Part shown: positions 49,040 through 58,940 of the stretch, piece after piece
Position numbering within the stretch: the stretch's first letter is position 1
Layout of the letters: every line of letters begins with the position of its first letter
Source: Promethearchaeota archaeon
Lineage (GTDB): Archaea; Asgardarchaeota; Lokiarchaeia; Sigyniarchaeales; SOKP01
Assembly: GCA_048940925.1 (NCBI GenBank)
Contig: JBHLOC010000020.1
Location: 1-64,000, forward strand
Length of the DNA stretch: 64,000 bases
Reading direction: 5' to 3'
Notes under the pieces: model-generated
Database searches by the model: none
The model's input: the letters and a program-made list of their open reading frames with translations, nothing else
Told to the model about the DNA's origin: nothing
Made by a program: the position numbers and the translations under genes

Positions 49040-50196
49040 TACTGAAATCCTTTACGTAATAATTGATTTGCTATTACTAATCTTTGAATTTCTGAAGTTC
49101 CTTCATAAATTTCACCCATCTTAGCATCACGGAAGTATCGTTCAACGGGATATGCTTTCATTAGACCATAACCTCCATGTATTTGGCAGGCATCATGAGC
49201 AGCTTGCATTGCTGCTTCTGATGCAACGAGTTTTGCCATGGAGCTAGTTAATCCGTAATCAATACCTTTATCGCATAAATATGCTGCTTTATAAGTTAAT
49301 AACCTCGCAGACTCAACAGCACAAGCCATATTAGATATCATCCATTGTATTCCTTGAAATCTTCCTATGGGACGCCCAAACTGGACACGTTCATTAGCAT
49401 ATCTCACTGAAGCTTCTAATGCAGCTTGACCAAGACCAACACATTGTGCAGCAATAGAAATTCTTCCAAAATCTAAAATTTGCATTGTTAATCTAAATCC
49501 ATCTCCAATTTTACCTAGAATATTTTCCTGAGGAATTCGAACATCTTGAAATACCAGTTCAGAAGTATTTGATGCTCGTACTCCTAACTTATCTTCTTTT
49601 ACTCCCACAGAATAACCTGGTGTGTCAGAATCAACAATAAAGATTGTTAATTCTTTTCTTGTTTCTTTCTCACCAGTTTTAGCTACTACAAGTAGAGTGT
49701 TTGCTATACCTCCATTTGTAGCAAAGATTTTACTACCATTTAAAATCCATTCATCTCCATCTTTTTCGGCATTTAGTTGAACACCTGCTGCATCTGAACC
49801 TGCATTTGCTTCAGTTAAACAAAAAGCTCCAATTTTATTACCTTTAGCTAGATCAATTAGAAATTGTTGCTTTTGGTCCTCAGTTCCAAATTTATAGATT
49901 GGGTATGCACACACGCTACAATGAACTCCTGTTGTAATTGACCATGATGCATCAACTCTCCCTATTTCTTCAGTTACTACACAAAAACTGATAGTGTCAT
50001 CATGAAGACCTGCACCACCATACTCTTCAGGTATACATGTGCCAAAATAATTCATTTCTTTCATTTTTTGAAAAACTTCCTGATCCAATTTTTGCTTCTG
50101 ATCACTTTCTTCAGCTACGGGTGCAATATACTCCTCAGCAAACTCCCGCGTTATTTTTCTTAACATTTTTTGTTGTTCATTTAAAGAAAAATCCAT
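49039..50196 (-). CDS. acyl-CoA dehydrogenase (short/branched-chain type)
   Basis: FCLTEANAGSD, NGSKIF, R.QFG, IHGGYG, IYEGTSEIQ. Confidence 0.93.
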   Translation of the reverse strand: MDFSLNEQQKMLRKITREFAEEYIAPVAEESDQKQKLDQEVFQKMKEMNYFGTCIPEEYGGAGLHDDTISFCVVTEEIGRVDASWSITTGVHCSVCAYPIYKFGTEDQKQQFLIDLAKGNKIGAFCLTEANAGSDAAGVQLNAEKDGDEWILNGSKIFATNGGIANTLLVVAKTGEKETRKELTIFIVDSDTPGYSVGVKEDKLGVRASNTSELVFQDVRIPQENILGKIGDGFRLTMQILDFGRISIAAQCVGLGQAALEASVRYANERVQFGRPIGRFQGIQWMISNMACAVESARLLTYKAAYLCDKGIDYGLTSSMAKLVASEAAMQAAHDACQIHGGYGLMKAYPVERYFRDAKMGEIYEGTSEIQRLVIANQLLRKGFQ

Positions 50197-50439
50197 GATT
50201 TATCAATTCTCCAATTATTTTTATTTATGTTTTAAAATTAAACTAATGAAATTAACTATTTTAAAAGAATGGCTATAATTATATTTTATTACTTGAGTAT
50301 GGTTCACAGGAGATATCAACCATTTTCTACTTTTTTTATTACTCATACTTTCAAAATTCTTAATCTTTTATTATTATTTAAAAAAATATGAGGTTTTAAA
50401 ATATGTGAATTTAAATCTATTGTATGAATTAATTAAATT

Positions 50440-51252
50440 ATGAAAAGTGATAAGAATCATTTCAAATTATCAGAACATAAACCATATTTATATGTTATCA
50501 AGGAAAATATTTCTCTTGTTCATCCCGTTTATACAAATGATCCTCTGAACATATATTTACTTTTAGGATCTCATTCTGCTCTTTTGCTCGATACAGGATG
50601 TGGATTGCATCCATTAAAACCTATTGTAGATAATTTGATAAATAAGAGAAAGCTGTTAGTTTTTAATACTCATTATCATTGGGATCATCCGCTGGGTAAT
50701 GTAGAATTTGAAGAGGTATATATTCATGAAAATGAAGTGGATCTCGTTTCGAAACCTTATGATGTTTCATATTTTAAAGATTCTCCTAATGAAATTATAA
50801 AGATATATGCAGAACACAATTTTTTAATTCCTCCAGCAAAAACCATTAAATCATTAAAAGATGGAGATGTTTTTGATTTAGGAGATATTGAAGTAAAAAT
50901 AATACACTGTCCTGGACATTCTCCTGGTTCTATATGTTTGTTAACAAATACAGGTGAACTTTTTACAAGTGATGTTGCTTATTATGGAGATCAATTTCTA
51001 CCAAAAAAAGAAAATTTCCCTATAGTTCTAAACTCGCTCTCTAAATTAATAGAATTATGTAAAACACGAAAACTTGAAATTTATCCTTCACATAGACAAT
51101 TTCCGTGTGATAAGAGTTTATTGAAAGATCTTTATAAAGGTATTCAAAACATAGAGAATTTATGGGAAACTAAAAAGTCATTTGACTTTTTTGAAGCATG
51201 GCAAATTGATGATCCAAATGGTAAGTTTAGATATTTTGTGTCAAAAACATAA
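50440..51252 (+). CDS. metallo-beta-lactamase fold hydrolase
   Basis: THYHWDH, PGHSPGS, FTSD, YPSH. Confidence 0.9.
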   Translation: MKSDKNHFKLSEHKPYLYVIKENISLVHPVYTNDPLNIYLLLGSHSALLLDTGCGLHPLKPIVDNLINKRKLLVFNTHYHWDHPLGNVEFEEVYIHENEVDLVSKPYDVSYFKDSPNEIIKIYAEHNFLIPPAKTIKSLKDGDVFDLGDIEVKIIHCPGHSPGSICLLTNTGELFTSDVAYYGDQFLPKKENFPIVLNSLSKLIELCKTRKLEIYPSHRQFPCDKSLLKDLYKGIQNIENLWETKKSFDFFEAWQIDDPNGKFRYFVSKT

Positions 51253-51313
51253 AAAATTTTATGTTGAATATATCTCATAAATCTTTTTAGTTATTTTAAT
51301 TTAGATATAAAAA

Positions 51314-53089
51314 ATGAAATTAAAAGAATATTTAAAATCTTTAAAACGGAAGCTAAAACACAAATTTAGGGGATTTAGCGATGAAAAAGTTGAGACTAAA
51401 AACCTTCTCTTTCTCGAAAAAATAGTAATATTAATCATTATCTTAGTTTTTGCACTTCTCGTTTTAGAAATTAATAAAAATCTTAGTTATAAAAGGTATG
51501 AAAGAATTGAATTTAAATCGGCAGGAGCAACACTCTACGCAAATTTATATTATCCTACTAGAACCTTATCTTTTCAAGAAAAGAAGCCATTAATTATTTA
51601 TTGTCACGGAATCGGAAGTAAACGAGACTTCGATCTAAGAATACCTATAGAATTTACCAAACGTGGTTTTTATATAGTAGCTTTGGATTATCAAGGGCAT
51701 GGTGAAAGTGGAGGAACTATTAATAATATTGCTAAATCTACTAATATACCCGCTCTTGCGCAAGATTGTTCTAGATTATTAGATAAACTAAAAACATTAT
51801 CATTTTTCTCAAATGTTAATGAATCTCAAATTGGTCTAATCGGTCATTCTCTTGGCGGTATGGTTGTACTTATGAATCAAGCTTTGAACCCAGCATTTAA
51901 GGTTACTGTTGCTTGGGCGCCTCTTGTTGATTTCACCCCACCTCGATTTGGTCTTAAATGGCAAGGATATGAACAATATATACCCATTAATTTATTAAAT
52001 GAAACTAATAGTGAGAATCTATTAATAATAATGCATGTGAAGGATGAGGTCTTAGATTATCAAAAAAATGCTTTAAAAGCAAAAGAATTGACAAACTGCA
52101 CAGTTGTTAATATAACAGCACCACTACTAGGAGGCGGACACCAACTTTTCTCGAATAAAGTTCTTATTAATTCGATAAATTGGTTTGAATTAAATTTTTT
52201 TAATTCGACTACGATTAATGGTCCAATACACATTACTTACTTTTGGAATTATGTCCTAATTATTTTAAACCTAGTTTTACTAATATCAATAATTTTTCTT
52301 CTGATATCATATTCAGCTAAATTTTTTCAATTAAATTCTGGATTTAATGATAAGACTACTGAGAATACTAAGAAAATATCTATAAAAATGAAAAAAATAG
52401 GTAAAATTGTATTAATTCTATTCTCTTCAACAATTTTCATAATAAATTGGTTTTTGTTCAGTTTTTTTTATGGACTAATTGGAATTTTTTATGCATCTTT
52501 GGTCTTTAGTGGCCTTTTCTTATTTATCAAATTTCTTGCATATATTATACGTCTTAAAGGTCAAAAAATTAAATTTAGTAAAAAAGAATTAAAAAAAGTT
52601 ATGAAAGATGAATTCAATATTAGTGTACTAGTTTATACATCAATTTGTGCTTGGTATTTTATTTTAATCTATTTACTTTTCTCATTCTCTTATCCATTTG
52701 CTTTTTTTTGGCCTTCTAATATAGCTAATATTGTAATTACACTAGCTATTTTTCCAATTTATTTTTCCATAGAAATTCTATTTAGAAAAATATTATACCC
52801 TCTTTTGAATTTTATAAAATCTGAGAAAAATAAAGCCAAAATAATCTTCATTTCAGCTTTAGTAATTTATACACTTTTAATGGTTTTAGCTAGGAGTTAC
52901 TCATATTTACCTTCTGTTTTATTTACTTTTGGTATTTTTTTATTAGTAACAGTTGCAAATACCATCATATATGAAAATACAAAACGTTTTAGTGCAGTTT
53001 TAGTAAGTTCATTTTTTATAATTCAATTATTTTTTTCTGCTGTAATCTCTAATGTAATTGGGATTGGTGCTTTTTCCCATTTGTTCTAA
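51314..53089 (+). CDS. membrane-bound alpha/beta hydrolase
   Basis: GHSLGG hydrolase domain between an N-terminal TM and a multi-TM C-terminal half. Confidence 0.85.
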   Translation: MKLKEYLKSLKRKLKHKFRGFSDEKVETKNLLFLEKIVILIIILVFALLVLEINKNLSYKRYERIEFKSAGATLYANLYYPTRTLSFQEKKPLIIYCHGIGSKRDFDLRIPIEFTKRGFYIVALDYQGHGESGGTINNIAKSTNIPALAQDCSRLLDKLKTLSFFSNVNESQIGLIGHSLGGMVVLMNQALNPAFKVTVAWAPLVDFTPPRFGLKWQGYEQYIPINLLNETNSENLLIIMHVKDEVLDYQKNALKAKELTNCTVVNITAPLLGGGHQLFSNKVLINSINWFELNFFNSTTINGPIHITYFWNYVLIILNLVLLISIIFLLISYSAKFFQLNSGFNDKTTENTKKISIKMKKIGKIVLILFSSTIFIINWFLFSFFYGLIGIFYASLVFSGLFLFIKFLAYIIRLKGQKIKFSKKELKKVMKDEFNISVLVYTSICAWYFILIYLLFSFSYPFAFFWPSNIANIVITLAIFPIYFSIEILFRKILYPLLNFIKSEKNKAKIIFISALVIYTLLMVLARSYSYLPSVLFTFGIFLLVTVANTIIYENTKRFSAVLVSSFFIIQLFFSAVISNVIGIGAFSHLF

Positions 53090-53144
53090 ACTACTTTTCC
53101 ATCTTATATGCTCTCTTTAAGGACGAAAAATATGAGCTTAATGT

Positions 53145-53296
53145 GAGTATGTCCAAGGATTAATAGATGCTGATCTCGAAAAAGGTTCAAACTTAATATG
53201 TGGAAATAACGTGAAGGTAATTTTATATGGCCCACGATATTAGATAATGGCATTGCAAATATGAGAATTGTATAGGAAGAACCATTTGGACTTGTT
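53145..53296 (+). pseudogene. aldehyde dehydrogenase (GapN-like) remnant
   Basis: EYVQGLIDADLEKGSNLICGN (frameshift) REGNFIWPTILDNGIANMRIV*EEPFGLV; TAG at 53273 where the W of WEEPFGP is expected. Confidence 0.8.
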
Positions 53297-53351
53297 AATA
53301 CTTACAAATATGTTAAAATATAATCCTTCATATTCCATACTTTGATTAAAA

Positions 53352-54188
53352 ATGAGTAAAAAAATACGGCTTTATACTGATATTCTTATTGATGGTTTGA
53401 AATTCCCCGAAAGTCCACGCTGGCATAATGATAAATTGTGGTTTTCTGATATGGATCAACATAAGGTTATGACCACTGATATGAATGGAAATCTGGAAGT
53501 TGTGGTGGAAACACCTCATAGAGTCTCAGGTTTAGGGTTTCTTCCTGATGACAAGCTTTTAATAGTATCAATGGAAGATAATCGATTACTAAAATTGGAT
53601 CCTGAGGGTCTTACGGAAGTAGCTGATATGAATAGCTTTAATCCAATTTTATCAAATGATATGGTCGTTGATAGATTAGGAAGAGCATACGTAGGAAATT
53701 TTGGATTTGATTATTTCAATAATGCGACATTTCTTCCAACATTTGTATTACTAGTACTCCCAGATGGAACCATTAAAAAAGTAGCGGATGATATGGCCTG
53801 TCCAAATGGCGCGGTAATAACTCCAGATAATAAAACATTAATTATAGCAGAAACCTTTTCTACGCGAATAAGTGCTTTTGACATTCAAAAAAATGGATCA
53901 CTTTCAAATCGTAGAATTTGGGCCGATTTTAAATCCGTAGCTCCCGATGGAATTTGTCTTGATAATCAAGGAGGTATATGGGCTGCAGCTCCTGGACGTC
54001 ATAGAGTTGTCAGAGTATTGAAAGGTGGAGAAATTACTCATATCGTAAAAGTTGAACATGATGCATATGCGTGCATGCTAGGAGGACCAAATTTAACAAC
54101 ACTTTTTGTAGCAACGTCAGCTTATTCACGAGATAAAGGACGTATTGAAATTGTAGAAGTAGAATACCTTAAAGCGGGAATACCTTAA
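53352..54188 (+). CDS. SMP-30/gluconolactonase family protein
   Basis: FPESPRW, NDMVVD, PNG, PDGICLD. Confidence 0.92.
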   Translation: MSKKIRLYTDILIDGLKFPESPRWHNDKLWFSDMDQHKVMTTDMNGNLEVVVETPHRVSGLGFLPDDKLLIVSMEDNRLLKLDPEGLTEVADMNSFNPILSNDMVVDRLGRAYVGNFGFDYFNNATFLPTFVLLVLPDGTIKKVADDMACPNGAVITPDNKTLIIAETFSTRISAFDIQKNGSLSNRRIWADFKSVAPDGICLDNQGGIWAAAPGRHRVVRVLKGGEITHIVKVEHDAYACMLGGPNLTTLFVATSAYSRDKGRIEIVEVEYLKAGIP

Positions 54189-54363
54189 CTAAATTTCTCT
54201 TAAATGAAATTACATACTATTTTATTTTTTTTTATAGTTAAAAGATGTATAAATTGAAATCATATTCTTCATGCATTTTTAATTAAAATTTTTTAGTTTC
54301 AAAAATTTACTTTAAATTAGATGAATAAATAACTTTAATAGTTAAATAATCGAGAGTTAAACT

Positions 54364-56071
54364 ATGTTTGATAAAGACTATTTAGAGAAAATAAAATCAG
54401 AAAAAGAAAAATGGAAAGAAATATATTCCAGATCAAGAGAAAGAGATGTAAAATTTGTCACAGACTCTGAAATCCCTGTCAAACCAATCTTTACTCCTTT
54501 AGATATAAAAGATAAAGACTATTTAGGTGATATTAATTTTCCTGGAGTACCCCCTTACACAAGGGGTGTTTATCCAAGCATGTATAGAGGGAGACTTTGG
54601 ACTATGAGGTTATTCTCGGGACATGGAAAAAGTATTTCAATTTAGAAATACTTCTGTATCGCCCGAGGAAACTAATAAAAGGTGGAAATTACTATATGAA
54701 AATGGAGAAACAGGATTTAGTGCTGCTGTAGATGCATTAACATTTAATGGAATTGATCCAACTAATCCCGACGGAGCCCCAGAAGTTGGAACTTCGGGTG
54801 TGCCTTTGTATTGCATTGATAGTCTATTTGCCCTTACAGAAGATATTCCAATAGACAAAGTAAGTGTGGCTTTAGTTGTTGAACCATTTACAACTGCACC
54901 TGTATGTTCAATGTATTTTAATATGGCAAAAATTCGCGGATATGACATCAGTAAATTAATTGGAACAACCCAAAACGATATTTTAACTATGACCGTAGGA
55001 TTTATTCCCTATAAGAACTGTCCACCTAATCATTTACTTAGATTAGCTTGTGATTTTATAGAATGGACCGTAGCACAAAAAAATGTTCCCCTATGGCATC
55101 CAATAAATTTCACAGGATACAATTATAGAGAAGGTGGCATTGATGCAGTACAAGAATTAGGTTTTGTCTTTGCAAGCGCATGTTCGCATATCGATAATTT
55201 ACTTCAGAGAGGTTGGAATATTGATGACTTTGTTGGTCGACTTGCTTTTCACCTAGCTGCACACAAAGACTTTTTTGAGGAAATTGCTAAGTTTAGAGCT
55301 GCTAGGAGAATATGGTATAAATTAATGAAGGACAAATATGAATCAAAGGATCCAAAAAACCAAGGTTTTCGATTTCATGTGCAAACTGCAGGATCTTCTT
55401 TAACAGCACAATCTCCTAAGATAAATATTGTAAGAACAGCAATTCAAGCATTAGAAGCTAATTTGGGTGGATGTCAATCCTTACATACTAATTCTTATGA
55501 TGAAGCTATTTGTTTACCGTCAGAAGAAGCAGCATTATTAGCTTTAAGGACTCAACAAGTAATATCAGATGAAACAAGGATCCACAATACAATAGATCCT
55601 TTAGCAGGATCATACTTCATTGAATGGCTAACTGATGAAATAGAAGAAAGAGTATGGAAATATATTGATAAAATTCAACAAGTTGGCACAATTGATAAAG
55701 CGCTTTCTTCAGGATTTTTATATAAGGAAATGAGAGATGCTTTTCAAAAAAGAAGAAAGCGTATTGAAAATGGGGATGAAATTATGCTTGGTGTGAATAA
55801 ATATCCTGTCGCTTATGATACTGTTACTGATGTATTTAGAACAAATAAAGAAGCAATAGAAATAGAAGTTCGACGAATTGAAAAACTAAAAGAACGAAGA
55901 GATAACGCAAAATTAGAAAGAATTTTAGATACAATGCGAAATATTTGCGAAAAGGAAGAAAATGTTATGCCTATCGTAATGGAAGCAACCAAAGAAGGAG
56001 CCACTGTTGGCGAAGTATGTGATATATATAGAGAAATTTGGGGTACTTGGGATCCTCCATTAGCTATCTAA
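54364..56071 (+). CDS. B12-dependent acyl-CoA mutase large subunit, split by a 31-nt candidate intron (join 54364..54628, 54660..56071; 558 aa)
   Basis: PGVPPYTRGVYPSMYRGRLWTMR in ORF 1 and PEETN..QNDIL..EEIAKFRAARR..HTNSYDEA in ORF 2; splicing gives WTMRLFSGHGTPEETN. Confidence 0.85.
54629..54659 (+). other. candidate bulge-helix-bulge (tRNA-endonuclease-type) mRNA intron
   Basis: 9-bp intron stem, two 3-nt bulges flanking a 4-bp central helix, 8-bp exon-exon stem; removal restores the frame. Confidence 0.8.
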
Positions 56072-56088
56072 TCACAGAGGTGTTAATT

Positions 56089-56487
56089 GTGAGTGAGAAT
56101 AAGATAAGAGTTCTGATGTCTAAACCGGGTATTGATGGACATTGGCGAGGAGGCATAGTAGTGTCAAGAGCTATAAGAGATGCAGGTATGGAACTCATTT
56201 TTGGAGGATTTCAAAATGTCCAGCAAATTGTAGAGTCTGCTATACAAGAAGATGTTGATGTTATAGGATTAAGTATTCACTCTGGAGCTCATTTTGCCTA
56301 TACCCAACAAATTATCGACTTATTGAAGGAACGCGGAGTACTTGATAATATTATGATACTTGTGGGGGGAGTAATACCTGCAAAAGACTTTTCTAAATTA
56401 AAAGAGATGGGTGTTGCCAATGTGTATGGACCAGGGAGTATAACTTCAGATATTGTTGAATTTATTCAAACACACGTAAAAAAATAA
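56089..56487 (+). CDS. cobalamin-binding small subunit of acyl-CoA mutase
   Basis: KPGIDGHWRG (DxHxxG), GLSIHSGAH, VGGVIP; GAGGTG RBS before GTG 56089. Confidence 0.9.
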   Translation: MSENKIRVLMSKPGIDGHWRGGIVVSRAIRDAGMELIFGGFQNVQQIVESAIQEDVDVIGLSIHSGAHFAYTQQIIDLLKERGVLDNIMILVGGVIPAKDFSKLKEMGVANVYGPGSITSDIVEFIQTHVKK

Positions 56488-56555
56488 AAATACTATGTAA
56501 TATTTTTTTCATTAAATTATAATTTAACAGCTATTCCTCTGGGGAATGGATTTCA

Positions 56556-57530
56556 TTGAAAATTGGACAAGATATTGACATTTTGATTAACAACTTCAAA
56601 AAAAAGGATAAAATTGCCTTAGCAAAATTAATTACTATCATTGAAAATGAACCTGAAAGAGCACATGAAATCTTTAAGCATTTTGAAAATATAAAGCATG
56701 ATTCTTATATTGTGGGAATCACAGGTTCACCAGGTGTCGGAAAGAGTACTCTAACTGGAGTGATATGTAAAAAATTACTAGCAGATGGAAAATCAATTGG
56801 CATAATTTGTGTCGATCCTACATCACCTTTTAGTGGGGGCGCATTTTTAGGAGATAGGGTTCGGATGACGGATATTTCACTTCACCCCAAAGTATTCATG
56901 CGTAGCCTTGCTTCAAGAGGATATAAAGGAGGAATTTCGAGAGCTGTTTTTGATATAAGTTTATTGTATGAAGCTTATGGCATGGATATTATAATTATTG
57001 AAACTGTTGGGGTAGGCCAAGCTGAATTTGACATCTATAACCTTGCATATACAGTTGTAGTCGTCTTAGTGCCTGGGTATGGTGATGCAATTCAAATGCA
57101 AAAAGCGGGAATAATAGAAATTGGAGACATTTATGATATTAACAAAAAAGATTTAGGAGGAGAAGACGTCGCAGCTCACGTAGACTTGATGTTGGATGAT
57201 TCTACCTTTCAAAGTGGATGGAGACCACCAGTATTAATGACTGATGCAATTTCAGGCGAGGGGATTGAGGAATTAGTTCAAAATATATGGGAACATAAAG
57301 AACATCTTGAACTTTCAGAATTAATAAATGAGAAAAAGAAAAATAGATTCTCATATAAGATAAAAGAATTAATTTATTCAAAAATTGAAAAATTAATTTC
57401 AGAGAATTTCATTAATGAATCTGAAATTAATGAAATTGTGAAGCATGCTGTTGATGATGGAAAATTTAAAATCTATCAGACAATTCATAACAAATTTGAA
57501 GATGTGAATTTCGAAATTAAAAAAAAATAA
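56556..57530 (+). CDS. meaB: MeaB/ArgK GTPase chaperone of acyl-CoA mutase
   Basis: GSPGVGKST, VDPTSPFSGGAFLGDRVRM, ETVGVGQ, NKKD. Confidence 0.93.
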   Translation: MKIGQDIDILINNFKKKDKIALAKLITIIENEPERAHEIFKHFENIKHDSYIVGITGSPGVGKSTLTGVICKKLLADGKSIGIICVDPTSPFSGGAFLGDRVRMTDISLHPKVFMRSLASRGYKGGISRAVFDISLLYEAYGMDIIIIETVGVGQAEFDIYNLAYTVVVVLVPGYGDAIQMQKAGIIEIGDIYDINKKDLGGEDVAAHVDLMLDDSTFQSGWRPPVLMTDAISGEGIEELVQNIWEHKEHLELSELINEKKKNRFSYKIKELIYSKIEKLISENFINESEINEIVKHAVDDGKFKIYQTIHNKFEDVNFEIKKK

Positions 57531-57651
57531 AAGAACCTTTATAGAAAAAAAATCTATTTTCTTTCTGAAAGTCTAATTTAAATTGATTAAAGTTTAATAT
57601 TCTTTATTATTTTAAAAGACAAAAAATTTAGAAAATCATATTAAACTGATT

Positions 57652-58470
57652 TTGATGCCAATACTAGGTATAGATTATGAAAAATGCAATAATTGTCAAA
57701 TGTGCTATTATGCATGTCCAAGATATTTCAGACGTGATAAAGGACTAAATAAAATTATATTTGAAGATCCTAATAATCTCTGTGATTCATGTGGGCGCTG
57801 TGTAGCGATGTGTAAATCGGATGCGATTATTTATGAAAATTTTGGAGAGTTATTGACGTTTAAGGAGGTTCAAGATCCAAGTAAACTAATCTCATATGAC
57901 ACCATGTATAAATTCATGAGTGCAAAAAGATCGATAAGAAGGTATAAAAAGAAAAAGGTTCCTAAAATAATATTACAAAAAGTTTTAAACTCTATGAAGT
58001 ATGCTCCGACAGGGGCTAATATTCGAACCTTAGGATGCACAATAATTTCAGATGATGATAAAATTAAAAAACTATCAGAAGTTGTTATGGACGCTATAAT
58101 CGCATCAAGTAATCCTCGATATAGTGAAAATTTTAAAAGAGCAAAAGAACGTGGAATAGATACAATATTTTATAATGCACCTCATGTAATGATTATACAC
58201 TCAAATAATCCCGGGGATGCTATGAACTCTACTATAGCTTTAACATATGGGATGCTAAGCGCTCAAACTTTAGGGTTAGGAACATGTTGGATTGGATTAG
58301 CCCATGGCGTTCTAGCGTCGAATAAAGAAGCACGCGAGAAAATTGCAGGTGTTCACGGTAATATTTGGGGTGTTATAATTATTGGGTATCCTGCACAAAT
58401 TTATTATCGAGTACCACCGCGTCCAGATATAAAAACCAATGGATTGGATGAACTAACATACATTCATTGA
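57652..58470 (+). CDS. ferredoxin-nitroreductase fusion
   Basis: Two CxxCxxC motifs, then KRSIRRY, APTGAN, GLGTCWIG. Confidence 0.9.
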   Translation: MMPILGIDYEKCNNCQMCYYACPRYFRRDKGLNKIIFEDPNNLCDSCGRCVAMCKSDAIIYENFGELLTFKEVQDPSKLISYDTMYKFMSAKRSIRRYKKKKVPKIILQKVLNSMKYAPTGANIRTLGCTIISDDDKIKKLSEVVMDAIIASSNPRYSENFKRAKERGIDTIFYNAPHVMIIHSNNPGDAMNSTIALTYGMLSAQTLGLGTCWIGLAHGVLASNKEAREKIAGVHGNIWGVIIIGYPAQIYYRVPPRPDIKTNGLDELTYIH

Positions 58471-58497
58471 ACCCCTTTACAAGAGGATAAGAAAATA

Positions 58498-58851
58498 ATG
58501 GTTGAATTCTGCCCAAAATGTGGAAATTTGTTAAGGAAAAAGCCTTGTCCCTGTGGATATAGTGATAATGAATCCACGCCCGAGAGTAAGTCCCTGAATT
58601 ATATTTGGTCTCCTCCTGCCCCCAATATCATATATTGTAAATTAACAGCAACATCATTAGAGAAACTCAAGTTAATGTTAAATAAAGGTTTGTATCCAGA
58701 AAAATTGAGAGAAATTAAAGAAAAACTAAGAAATCGTCTTTATTCATGCAATGATTGTGTATATTATTATGGGGAAATATCTCTTTGCAAATTAAAAAAT
58801 AAATATTTAAGAAGAGATTCAATTTGTAAGACTTTTGAACCGTTTGAATAA
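58498..58851 (+). CDS. Cys-rich hypothetical protein with RpoM/TFS-like N-terminal Zn ribbon
   Basis: FCPKCGNLL..CPCGY; C-terminal CNDC..C..C. Confidence 0.7.
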   Translation: MVEFCPKCGNLLRKKPCPCGYSDNESTPESKSLNYIWSPPAPNIIYCKLTATSLEKLKLMLNKGLYPEKLREIKEKLRNRLYSCNDCVYYYGEISLCKLKNKYLRRDSICKTFEPFE

Positions 58852-58940
58852 TTTTTGTTCGAAAAGTGGACCTTAAACCTTTATAAACAGAATTGTTTCT
58901 TATTCTGTAAATAAAGCAACTAATTAAAAAATAAAAAGGA

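Noticed and set aside
50293-50353. Inverted repeats upstream of the acyl-CoA dehydrogenase (ATGGTT/AACCAT, TGAGTA/TACTCA)
   Set aside because: Short, single occurrence, unlike the 18-bp motif, and plausible by chance in AT-rich DNA
54643-54645. Pyrrolysine or stop readthrough of the TAG in the mutase gene
   Set aside because: The downstream coding region is in a different frame, so readthrough cannot join the halves
54364-54645. 93-aa ORF and 482-aa ORF as two independent genes
   Set aside because: The break falls inside the substrate-binding barrel motif and the halves are collinear parts of one protein
54622-54661. Programmed +1 frameshift or homopolymer sequencing error at GGAAAAA
   Set aside because: It would leave about 10 extra residues inside a gap-free conserved motif and does not explain the BHB-shaped pairing; not formally excluded without reads
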